A DNA stretch of 63,856 nucleotides, filler included, from Salisapilia sapeloensis CBS 127946 (GCA_023334545.1; 17 parts of 17 records of this genome joined end to end with filler, not necessarily neighbours in it), one strand, 5' to 3'. Positions 1 to 10,357 are shown, numbered from the whole stretch's first letter. The notes: a model not told the origin generated them from the sequence alone. A program made the numbers and translations.

Positions 1-336
1 ATGGGTAGCGCACACTGATGTCATCGTCTGTGTTCCCATGGAACGTTCTCCGCCCTGTCTTTTGTGCTCCTTCAATGCCTGTCCTTCAAGCATTGCCGCA
101 TGTCTCTGTCGCTCATCCTGTGACACATGTCGTCGCACGACTTTCTGACTTCTCCTGATAACGACTTCAACATATTAGCCTCTGGCAATTGGAATGATGA
201 CCCGTGCATCATCACTTCCGCTTCATTTCGTATATATTTGTACGAAACCATCGGGGACAATTGTCATTGTGTCTCATGTAATGATTAGCCCATTACAGAG
301 CTAGGCACTGACTTTGCCAGCGTACTTACCGAGCAA

Positions 337-1567
337 ATGGAAGCCATGTAGTTAAACATGACGAAGGTACTAGATGAAAAAACGTAGCTACTTTTAGAGC
401 GCTAAGGGAATGCATTGAAGCAGAGACATCTAATACCACTGAAGGATTTCCTTTCAAGCATAAAAGTTTCTAATGTATTGACTCGATTGAAGAGTTAATT
501 GTGTTGACAGATCAAAGAGCTCAATATGTTTTATAGAGAGATTGTAAACAGGAAGTAATTGAAATAGTTAAAGAGTATTTTAAAAAATTTCAACTTCAAC
601 AGGGCAATACATTAACGCAACAAGCGAAAGCTCTAGAGGTAAAAAAAACAAGGTCCAACTTCACAATACGAAGGCTTCTTTTAACGCCTATACTAACACT
701 ACCATACCGGATCGTCTTAAGTAGGCCTCCGAGCATTAATCAAAACAACTGCCAGGTCAGATAGCAATAGCTAAAGTCTTTAATGATGAGAAGACAGACT
801 AAAAGCTGCACAGATTGCAAAAGGCAATGAATAAGCCCATCATAGATGCTATCAAATGGACTGGTCAAGTATGCGCTTCAGAGCAAAGCATAGTCCAAGA
901 TAATGTAGCCAACGCGCATTAAAATGCGCTTAATGAGAAGATTTGGAAACTGTGTGAAGAGTAACACGATATAGACAATGAGCTACAGTCATATATTTAT
1001 GACTTTAAATGTAAAGTCCATGCCAAATTCCAAGAGTTAAGCTCCTCAATTAAAAGCGAGACTGTGACAGCACTTAGCGACCAATTCGATGAACAATTGT
1101 AAGACATGCAGGATAACATTGGCAAAGTCTGTTAGCAAATAGCCTATGCAATTTATGATGTCAAGTCCGATTTCGACGAACGCCTTAAGATACTATAGTA
1201 TGATGCTAAACGGTAACCCATGAACGGTAACAGTAAGATTAAATCGGGTATATGCGACCATTCCAGCGCTTACTCTGGCATGAAGACGCGAAAGCAACGT
1301 GGCTCAGAAAAGGAAAACCGAGCTCCTAAGAAAAGCAAACTGGTTTCAAAAGCTACTTTTCCATCTTCTCGGCCATCGTCTTCGCCATCAAAGCCATCTC
1401 TATGCAAGTAAAGTGTTCGTATGCGTGTAAACTAAGCTGACAAAGGCATGAACCTTGACCTTGCTCTAAAAGAGCACCAAGAGCTGAAACAGCTTCGCAT
1501 TAAGGATCGTATTCGTCAATTGAAAGGCTCCAAATTAAATGGAAGAACTAAAGGACGGCGTCGTTAA
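337..1567 (+). pseudogene. Heavily decayed coiled-coil-like ORF of unknown origin (possibly TE-derived)
   Basis: Manual translation gives long protein-like stretches broken by many stops and frameshifts (e.g. NEKIWKLCEE*HDIDNELQSYIYDFKCKVHAKFQELSSSIK; ending LDLALKEHQELKQLRIKDRIRQLKG). No family motif recognised. Confidence 0.3.
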
Positions 1568-1837
1568 TGCAAACGGTTGTTGACGCTTTTACATGACATC
1601 TTTCATTTTAAATTTAAATGGATTTGGACATTCATACCAAACGTGTACATGTTGGGTACTAATGAACTATACGTACGATAGCTTGCTTCATTTCAACCTG
1701 TGCAATGGGTGCAGCATATATATATCAAAGCTACATCAGAGCCTACAGATAAGGCTTCTAATTCCACCAATGTTCAAAATCTAAAGCGTACGCAATGGAG
1801 TCAATGAATGCATATATATAGTTCAAATTTGCTACAT

Positions 1838-3848
1838 TCATTCATCTCCTTTCTCCACGCTTGCCTGCGAAAAGGCCATTCCAATAAGCTCGTCAACGTC
1901 ACGATTGACATTGCCTCGGTGCAATAAATCAACTTGGATATACGTAGGGAGATGCTTGCATACTTCGTCTCTATAGATCGGCTTGCATTGAGTGACATCA
2001 ACGTAGCCCTAGTTTCGATTTAGGAAGCATATCATATGGACAACCTCATTTGTCATCGTGGTCCGGCGGATATTTACGGCTTTAGCTGCCACAGAGAAGT
2101 CGCGCTTGATCAAGCTTGACGATGCAGGTACAGAAAAGGTAATGTTTGCTATCTTTTGTAAACACGTGTACTCACCAAGATCATGCATACGGTGTCAGAA
2201 GTCTATCACAGATTTTCTTGCTCCATGATAACGATCAAGCGGTTAACGGTCGTTCTCCCACCTGGCAAGTTCGGCGGCTATATCTACCTCTAGAGGATCT
2301 TGTGGTCGGGGCGTGTCATCACAGTCCGGATGGCCAAATGTCTACACCAGCTCATCAAGTGTCGAATGTCCGTCATCTTCCTGAGCAGAAGTATTATGTC
2401 TGGGTGGCTGTGATGAGGATGATATCGTCAGGTGTCAAAGACACTCAATTATTTTATGCTTGACTTTCCTGAAATTGATCTCGCAAGCACGGATGGACAT
2501 ATCCTTGCTTTCTGAAGCTTAAATAGAGCGATTGACTTCAAATAAAACTTTCTAAACACTGTCTTTCAGTGTTTAGAGTTAAGGATAAAGGAAAAGTTGC
2601 ATATCCTGTACGTAATCGGTGCTCTGGATGTCCATATAGTCGACATAACGAGTAAGAACTTCGTATCTACTGCTTCATACAATAGTTTCAGACTAAATTT
2701 GACAGCAATTTCAACGTTACGAGCATCAAAGTCATTTATGTCGTCGTGAAGAGTGTGATAGTCTGGTATTGATGAGTCATCTTGTAATAGATTGAGCCGT
2801 AGTGAATATAATTTTAATAAAACTGTGACCTGGTTTGCTGCCTCCTTTTGTGACAAAGTTAATACTTCAGTGACTGGACTCAGCAAGGATGCTACTTGGA
2901 TCTGATCACGATGGTTTACGAGAAGCGGAAACGCTTGCCGTCTTCGTCTTTCACTCATCTCAAGCCATTGTACTAAAGCATTTCAATTATTTAGTATGCT
3001 GCGAATGGCCGTGGTATCAACTAAAAATCTGGTGGCAGTAATTTCTTTCAGATCACCGCGTCGTTCACTTCCTTTAACCTCTCGAGGCTCACGAAAAAGT
3101 GATTTTTGCGTCTCCATTCGCTTGATTGCCTTTGTAGTTTGAATAATCTTAGCTGATACCCCGGTCATTTGTGAGTTTTTGCAGTTACTTCTGTTATTAG
3201 CTACATCAGAGGCAGCTTTTGTTGCTGCTACGAGCATGTATACAGTGCAACACACCCAGCTTAAATGCAGTTCACTTTCCATCATCCATTTCACATCCGG
3301 TCCCTTATATGATAAAGACCCCGAAATCGTCAACAGTCAGTTCAAAATGAATTATAATGGCATCAATCCAGGCTCTAACAGGTCTGCGTATACCCTCGCC
3401 TCGCAAGCCAAACATCGCCTCAAAGTTGCGCGTTCCTAGAAGAACAAATTGGCAATTCCATTCCTTGTCAATTAAATAAACGCGCAGTCCGAGATACTTC
3501 GTTTATCGAGCTTTACACGTCCAGAAGTCTACCATCATTGTAAACGTGTGACTGCCTGTATGTTTTACATTCGCAAGGGTTTAAATAGCCTCTTTTTGTG
3601 GAAGAGTAGAGCTCTGTTACAGCATACACAAGGTCGCGGACTCGATACTGTTCTATCGACTGCTTCTCAGATACAACGCAGTTCAGGATTACCGCATCCG
3701 CAAACTCAACAGCCTTAAAAGGCATGCAGTTGTTCACTACATTTTTTGCCATCAATAGAAGAAGAGTTCGGTCATGGTCTTCCTTGAAAGCGGCAAAATT
3801 TGTGATCGATGTAGTTCAATCATCTATGTTTCGCTTTCGTTTTGACAT
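1838..3848 (-). pseudogene. Fossil hAT-superfamily DNA transposase
   Basis: Minus-strand translation of ~2330-1838 in one frame reads ELARWENDR*...KSVIDF*HRMHDLGEYTCLQKIANITFSVPASSSLIKRDFSVAAKAVNIRRTTMTNEVVHMICFLNRN*GYVDVTQC, matching the hAT C-terminal dimerization domain (S.P.SS...ER.FS). ORF pieces 2566-2958 and 2983-3333 (CCTVYMLVAATKA, TRF) fit the catalytic core; the likely start is MSKRKR at 3848. Many in-frame stops; no TIRs identified. Confidence 0.75.
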
Positions 3849-3940
3849 ATTAGTTGACTGTGAAGAACCTAAATCATGAACAGTTTTTAATTGGTTGTTC
3901 GTTTTAGAGGTACGACCTCTACATAGACGTCGAAATCTGT

Positions 3941-4289
3941 TGTGACGGGAGTAACAACGATAGCCCTTTCAACGTAAGGAAAGCGTAAAACGCGGAGTAT
4001 GAAACTCTTGTACTAAAAGTACGGAAGTAGTGTAAGACACTTGTGCTTTAGAAAGCAAAATGAGAACTGATTGTATTGAGGCTTAATTCGAATACTAGAC
4101 TTCGGGTCTCTATATACCTACTAAATCCTGATGCAATCTCCTTAATCTTCATCTTAGTATGGAAAGGTCTAGGGACCATTCCTGTTCCTTGTACCTTTAT
4201 ATTTGCATCACATGCTTCAATACAAGGACTCACTTCAAGATCCGGAATGTTACCCTAGCTTGGATACATTCATGTAACTTCCCGTTACA
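3941..4289. mobile_element. LTR of a Gypsy-type retrotransposon (family A, copy 1)
   Basis: 349 bp, starts TGTGACGGG and ends CCCGTTACA (TG...CA with short terminal inverted repeat). Aligns along its whole length with 41490-41839 and homology stops exactly at these termini. Flanks TCTGT and TTCGG give no TSD. Confidence 0.75.
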
Positions 4290-4440
4290 TTCGGTCACGG
4301 GCTCTCCGCCAAGGTCTTCTCGACCACGGGATGCAAATCCCAGATACCTTGGAAGGTTGGATAGCGAGAGTGAACGCATGGACTCCCCTCGTAGCACGAG
4401 AGATTCAGCACCCAGTGTGCGTGGTAGTCCTTCGGCTTCA

Positions 4441-4540
4441 NNNNNNNNNNNNNNNNNNNNNNNNNNNNNNNNNNNNNNNNNNNNTTAATTAATTAANNNN
4501 NNNNNNNNNNNNNNNNNNNNNNNNNNNNNNNNNNNNNNNN
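4441..4540. other. Artificial contig linker (first of 16)
   Basis: 44 N + TTAATTAATTAA (stops in all six frames) + 44 N. Identical linkers at 5880-5979, 7043-7142, 8226-8325, 13733-13832, 37204-37303, 38550-38649, 41144-41243, 42440-42539, 44882-44981, 52033-52132, 55038-55137, 56160-56259, 58498-58597, 60023-60122 and 62044-62143. Adjacency across linkers has no biological meaning. Confidence 0.99.
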
Positions 4541-4552
4541 AAAGATTGAGGG

Positions 4553-4684
4553 TGGGGACGGCGCAAGCGCTCGTCCCCGCTACCAAAAATTCTACTGTGG
4601 AGTTACCACGAAGGGCACTCCTGAGCCATTACAGCGCCGGGGTGCAAGGGGCCTGCTCCGGCTCATGCCAACTGCCTCATTCTT
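4553..4684 (-). ncRNA. RNU1: U1 snRNA gene, 5'-truncated (missing the first ~30 nt) by a retrotransposon insertion
   Basis: Minus strand reads AAGAATGAGGCAGTTGGCA, then stem-loop II TGAGCC...CCTTGCACCCC...GGCTCA (U1A-type TTGCAC loop), stem-loop III GGAGTGCC-CTTCGT-GGTAACTCC, Sm site AATTTTTGG, GTAG, and terminal stem-loop IV GGGGACG-A-GCG-CTTG-CGC-CGTCCCC. The order (TTGCAC loop, Sm site, terminal GGGGAC/GTCCCC hairpin) is U1, not U2. It closely parallels human U1 AATTTGTGGTAGTGGGGGACTGCGTTCGCGCTTTCCCC. The 5' ACTTACCTG and the 5' arm of stem I are absent. Confidence 0.88.
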
Positions 4685-4688
4685 TTCA

Positions 4689-5879
4689 TTTTTTTTTTAT
4701 TCACCAGAAGTTAGGTCTATGGTCTAAGCTAGTCTTTCGGAAGGTCTAGGGTCGCTGTAAGCTAGGCTACCATATATGACACCTACTTGGATTTTTTGAG
4801 GGCCCGATCCGTCGTGGGAGGCAGCCCTTGTGGTCTGTACAGACCTGTGGTGCCCATAGTAAGAGAAAGGAAAAAGGAGAAAGGAAAGTTAAGTCTAGAA
4901 GACCACCTCGACACTAGGCCGAGGGGTCTGTTTCCGGAGGCTGGGCATGGCGCTGGAGTCGTCCGGCGTGGGCACGCCACAACCGATGGCTGGAGTGGAC
5001 GCACATCGTCGAGATTTGGCGCTGGAGGGTCCGCGCGTTGGCCTTCTCGATCCCAAGGCTGGAGGTCAGGACCTTCTCGTTTTCTGGTGGCACTGCCCCC
5101 AGTGCACCATAGACGAGAGCCTGTAGCTTGACCCTCCAGCCCAAGGACTCTAAGGAGGTTGCCAGACCACGGTACTTTTCGACCTTGCGATGCCGAGCAC
5201 GACTAAGGTTGGAAGTGCTAGCATCGGGTCCGTCTTGTTCCTCGAACGCAATGACCAAGTCACAGACTGTGGCCACGTGCGTCCGATGGTCCAAGAGGAC
5301 AAGGTCGGGACGGAGGGTGCCTTCCTCAACGTCTGGTACCTGTCGGTCGACCCGGAGCTCGACGCCCGAAGGCGGAAGGGCTCGCTCGATACTCCTTACC
5401 AGCCGCGCCAGCACGGCATTGTGCCGCTGCCTGATGAGATCATCGTTGGCAGGGCAGTGCTGGAGAACGTGCGGCAGGGTCTCGGGACGCTCACACCCAG
5501 GAGACCGGCAGGCAGGCGACCCTCGAAGCTGCTTGCGCTTGAGGGCGGCCCGGGTATCGATTTGGTTCACCCGGGCCCTTAGCGCGAAGGAGTAGTCCGA
5601 GTCCGAGACCCCGGTACCCGTCCGAAGGAAGGCGCTTCCTAGTCCACCGATGGACCGAGCGACCTTGCCTTGGTCCCTCATGGCCACCCACCTGGCCCAG
5701 TGCTGGAGGCGCAGGTGGTGTCGGAGCCCACGGGCCACCGTGGCTCGCGTGAGGGGTGAGGGGGCGTGGGGGACCCGGAGCTCGAAGGGGTCGAGGGCAG
5801 AGTTGGCAGGCGTGCGCTCGGAGGGCCCCGACTCAACAAAGCGCAGCCGCATTGCCCGAAGGTGGCGAGGGATGTCGGT
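4689..5879 (-). mobile_element. 3' end of an RLE-encoding (R2/NeSL/Utopia-like) non-LTR retrotransposon with 3' UTR and poly(A) tail
   Basis: ORF with zinc knuckle and RLE domain (4914-5879), ~215-nt 3' UTR, then AAT plus a 10-A tail (plus-strand T run 4689-4698). Truncated by the contig end at 5879. Confidence 0.9.
4914..5879 (-). CDS. C-terminal part of retrotransposon ORF: CCHC zinc knuckle + restriction-like PD-(D/E)xK endonuclease (5'-partial)
   Basis: Open to the contig edge. Motifs FALRARVN, CRSPGCERPETLPHVLQHC (CCHC), RHN, LRPDLVLLD...D, KVEKY and LVYGALG are the characteristic order in R2/NeSL/Utopia RLE domains. No stops or frameshifts. Confidence 0.92.
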   Translation of the reverse strand, partial: TDIPRHLRAMRLRFVESGPSERTPANSALDPFELRVPHAPSPLTRATVARGLRHHLRLQHWARWVAMRDQGKVARSIGGLGSAFLRTGTGVSDSDYSFALRARVNQIDTRAALKRKQLRGSPACRSPGCERPETLPHVLQHCPANDDLIRQRHNAVLARLVRSIERALPPSGVELRVDRQVPDVEEGTLRPDLVLLDHRTHVATVCDLVIAFEEQDGPDASTSNLSRARHRKVEKYRGLATSLESLGWRVKLQALVYGALGAVPPENEKVLTSSLGIEKANARTLQRQISTMCVHSSHRLWRAHAGRLQRHAQPPETDPSA

Positions 5880-6140
5880 NNNNNNNNNNNNNNNNNNNNN
5901 NNNNNNNNNNNNNNNNNNNNNNNTTAATTAATTAANNNNNNNNNNNNNNNNNNNNNNNNNNNNNNNNNNNNNNNNNNNNGAGACGGCTCGACTGACGGTA
6001 GAGTAGACGGTTCTTCACTGCTCTCGATGTGTCGGCTCTTGTCACAAGTGCCACCGAAAGCTAGATTCTCGAGACTACAGTTATGACAATAGCCTATGCC
6101 TTCGATGCAGCAATATTATGCTGCCTGACGTGTCTGCCTC

Positions 6141-6391
6141 TGTAGTGGGGTCACTACATGATTAGTCCAGTTGGGACTAATTCTGCATCATTTGATTACG
6201 TTATCTTGCTTTGATTTCATTGGCTAAAATTAGGGGTAGTTTTAGTCAAGCACAGGATTCTCCAGACGTGCGGTCAGGAGAATCCCTCTTTTCTTTTCTC
6301 TTTCTTTTCTAACTTTCCAAACAAGTTGACTTTCGATTCTACCCTATTCTACCTACTTCCCCTGCGTGTGCCACGGACTACCCCCGTGACA
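6141..6391. mobile_element. Solo LTR (family B) with 5-bp target-site duplication
   Basis: 251 bp, TGTAGTGGGG...CCCCGTGACA, flanked on both sides by GCCTC (6136-6140 and 6392-6396). Confidence 0.85.
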
Positions 6392-7142
6392 GCCTCAGGA
6401 CACATTAAGAAGGGCAATGAGTAGCTACTCCGAATATGGAATGCAAAGTACAGGAAGTAGCGACAGCGCACGGAGAAGTGTCCACTGTGTGAGCGAAGAT
6501 GGAATGTTGTTTCGTCTCAACTGATGCACTGTAATGCTTGTGAGCGATGGACGTATCCCACATGCAATCAGCTGCTTGGCAACAATCCGAGCACATATAA
6601 AAACTCGTAGACGACTCGAATACTTAGTACATCTGTGCAGTCTGTCGTCCGCAGAAACGTACATGTCTTCTGTCAAGTCCAGATAATACGACAATCACGA
6701 AGCAGGAGGATAGCCTGGAAACACAGAAGTTTTCGTCACTAGCATCAAAGATGCAGTCGATTCGACCGAAGAACGGAGGAAAGTGGGGTGAATTACAGAC
6801 ACAGATGGCACAGGATAAGAAATACGACGTCTGGCAACAGTACTTTCCCGTATATTTCTACGTACCACGTCTTGAGGAGGAGCATCCCAAGCTTATGGCA
6901 CTTGATTCTTCTGGACTACGCTCGCAGTAGCATCGAAAGTTGGCAAGCTTAAAAGTATCAGATGAGTTGATCACCAAAGCCACAAGATACCTCCGTTTCA
7001 AGCGATACTGCAAGGGACCGAGAGCTTCACTTCGGCGTCAGCNNNNNNNNNNNNNNNNNNNNNNNNNNNNNNNNNNNNNNNNNNNNTTAATTAATTAANN
7101 NNNNNNNNNNNNNNNNNNNNNNNNNNNNNNNNNNNNNNNNNN

Positions 7143-8225
7143 GAGACCGAGGGTCCATCGCAAACACCACCTCCTGTACGACAGATACCCAGGTCGACCA
7201 CACCGCCACCGAAGGATCGTCCACGTCCGCCAGGAACTCCAATGTCAGCTCCACCGACACACGCCCGCTCGTCCGCGAAGACCAAACCAGTCGCAAGTCG
7301 GCTTCCGACAGCCACGACGACCGACTCCCGTTCGCACCCGTCGACAAGAACCGCCACGAAGCATCCGCCGCACGCTTCGACCACAGACCGACCGACTCCA
7401 GCGAAGACGTGTCGTTCGTGCCGCTCGTGCCGCTCGTGCCGCTCGTGCCGCCCGCACTAAGTGCCTTCAGATGCCACAGCGAGGACGATACGGCCGTCGA
7501 GCGACCCATCGATTCCTCATACGATGCTTCCGCGCGGGACACTGCCAACGACATCATATCCCGCACAGGAACGTTCATCCACTCGTGCGTCTTGCCTTCT
7601 TCCAACGGCCTCGACAACACTACTTCCGTCGGCAGCGACACCGACGAACTCGCCACCACCAGCTTGCCACGAGCCCATGCCACGGTGAAGGGACGCGATA
7701 CCTCCACCTGGAACGAAGAGCTCTGTAGCGACCGGAATACGTAGTGGATGTGACCGCGAAGCTCGCCGCCGACCGCACTCACATGCTCCGTCGGTGCCAA
7801 CTCCACCAACCCGTCCATCGAAACAACGTCCTTCACCACAACGTCCCGCACACTTGAGTTCGATGTCAAGCCCGATGCGTTGCCGATCCATCCGTCGCCC
7901 GACCAACGATGACTCTCCACCATCTCTGACAGCGCACCGGACGGTCGAGACAGCCAGACGTCTAGCGTCCACGCGTCCGACCACCACGACCCGCTCAATG
8001 AAGCGTCGCCCACCGAGACCGAAGCCACCTCGCCCGCGCCAGCACTCACACGCACCGGACTCGTCAGCGCACTCGACAGCGACGGAGACCGAGGGTCCAT
8101 CGCAAACACCACCTCCTGTACGACAGATACCCAGGTCGACCACACCGCCACCGAAGGATCGTCCACGTCCGCCAGGAACTCCAATGTCAGCTCCACCGAC
8201 ACACGCCCGCTCGTCCGCGAAGACC
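7143..8225. repeat. Contig with exact 141-bp terminal direct repeat (942-bp period): collapsed tandem repeat or circular unit
   Basis: 7143-7283 is identical to 8085-8225. Period 942 = 314 codons. Confidence 0.95.
7143..8225 (-). CDS. Stop-free ORF: 314-aa Ser/Val/Trp-rich repeat module, probably part of a very large repetitive protein
   Basis: The minus-strand frame is open across the whole contig and re-enters itself in frame (SVELTLEFLADVDDPSVAVWSTWVSVVQEVVFAMDPRS at both ends). Contains a (GTS)n microrepeat. No family recognised. Confidence 0.6.
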
Positions 8226-8951
8226 NNNNNNNNNNNNNNNNNNNNNNNNNNNNNNNNNNNNNNNNNNNNTTAATTAATTAANNNNNNNNNNNNNNNNNNN
8301 NNNNNNNNNNNNNNNNNNNNNNNNNAAAACCCCCCCCCCCCCAAAAAAAAAGAACACTGCTGCAAAAAGCTTATTTTAAATGGCAGTCATGCTTGGTGGG
8401 CTAACGATACAACGAAATTGTGGACTAGATTTGTCTATCCAAAGTGATGGATTGTATTAAACCTAACCCTTTTAATTAGTTTTATAAATAAAACTATACT
8501 ACTTTTCTTTATCTTTTTGTATTAGATCGAGGCATAAGCAAATACGCTTTCTTCGGGCATTTCTACATCATTTGAAGCCCGCGAACACTGTTACTCGCTT
8601 GCAATAAAAGAGTTTCAGCTGATGCGATTCATATAACAGCATTTGAGATGGGCTTGTAGGTCAGACGACATCAAATTTTATGTCGGGATCTTTGTGGCCA
8701 CAAAGACAAAGTTGAAGTGTGCATGTGGTTTCGCATACGATACTATGTGTGGGCTGTATAAAGTTGCAAAGGTTTCAGATGAACTGCATCCACATAAAGT
8801 ATTGCATCGTTGTAAATGCCGCCGAATTCTAGGTAGACTCTTCGTTGTATAAAGTCAGCACGTGCACATCAGCACAGTTGTTTTAGTCAGGTTACCATGA
8901 GAATGTGAATGTCTATCCATTCGCAATTTCACCAACTACGACATAAGCAGG

Positions 8952-10357
8952 ATGAACTTAAGCGGAAAATTGACTACTTTGGCTACTATCTGCCTATTCG
9001 TTGTTGTCGCTTCTGACTGCGACTTCAAACGCAGAACGCTTACATCCGACTGCAAAGGTCAATGTGATGGCTATGATGCATGCCTCCCTCTTAAGTCAGA
9101 CGAACGCTATTACCCGCAAGGGTGTAAAAATAACACCGAAAAGGATTGGTACAAACCTGTACACGGTGACTCGGGAGAGTGCCCATCTTCGGATGATTCG
9201 GGTTGTCTGTTCCAGTGTTTTCGTCTCTCCGAAGCTAATAGCTCTACCTTCGACTTGACTGTAGTCGGGTACAACGCAAATGATTCGATGATACCAACTA
9301 CGCCGTGGATCCGGGATACGAGTATCTCTAGCATAGACATTCGTATACCGGATCACATCGACACACTGTAAGTTTATCTCAATTTTGTAACTGCAAGCGA
9401 AACTCATTTTACTTTCGTAGTAAGATTGTTTATCTTTCGACAAGTGGCGTGACTTCTCAAGGCAAAGTGATAATCACGAATGAAACATTTGCATCGGGAA
9501 AAAACCTCAAGTCCATCTATTTCGATCATGTTCGATTCGATTCCGACAGTGAAAGAGTTTACAACAATATGCCCGATTGGAACAAGGTCCTGGCCGATAA
9601 GGACATCCAAAGCTTTACTATGATGGATAGTTATACAGGCGCCATATCGGGAGGTGACTACTGGAGTTCCGTCCGTACCTTGTAAGCCTAAATCAAAGTA
9701 TATGACCACGAAACTTCAGAAAACTAATAATTCGATGCGCAACAGAAACCTGAGTGGTTGTCGATACTTGCTCATGCCATCGAATTTAAATTTGGAAAAC
9801 GCTCGCACTGTGTATGCAAAGTTATGTCTGCTATTGTATCGGAGCACTTATGTAAACATGTTACCGCAGAAATTTATCACGTACAAACAAGGCGATCCCG
9901 CAAGCTCTTGTCACAGCGAAGAAACTCGAAACATTGTACGCATTATCGCTACATTCGATGAAAATGGAACTGACAAGCATATCTGAATGGGTAGTATAGA
10001 ATCATGACGGATTCACCAGCCTATTACCGAAACGTGACACCTGAACTGTTCGCAGTATTGAACAAGGTGAATGTAACGATGGGTGACGACTGGACAAGCA
10101 CTGATTTCGATTGCGATGACGGCCACATGGAAACTATTGAGGGTACCTCATATCAAGTATGCGTTTTAGATGGAGGCATGTCGGGCGGAACTATCGCAGC
10201 GATTGTCGTGCCGATCTGTGTTGTCGTTATTGCAATTGCGGGCTTCATCTTTTATCGACGCCGACAAAAGAAGCGAATGCAAGAGGAACATTATAACGGC
10301 ACCATGATCGTGGGCAATGACCTCACTGAACCATTGCCGAATGAACAAAGAGCATAG
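8952..10357 (+). CDS. Intron-containing single-pass membrane protein (signal peptide, Cys-rich N-terminus, short cytoplasmic tail)
   Basis: Signal peptide MNLSGKLTTLATICLFVVVAS; Cys-rich region. Introns 9368-9420 and 9682-9745 keep the frame, and two more are likely near 9810-9870 and 9935-9995. C-terminal TM IAAIVVPICVVVIAIAGFIFY followed by RRRQKKR. Confidence 0.75.

Noticed and set aside
323-330. TACTTACC resembling the missing U1 5' end
   Set aside because: An 8-mer on another contig with no following stem I or complement of GGCAGTTGG; chance match.
337-3848. Stops in fossils often look like C-to-T or G-to-A changes, hinting at RIP or methylation-driven decay
   Set aside because: Most new stop codons arise by such transitions anyway; this cannot be tested without aligned copies and a mutation spectrum.
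8326-8352. C-run and A-run at a contig start
   Set aside because: Homopolymers at a contig edge, not a TTTAGGG-type telomere; likely a sequencing or assembly artefact.
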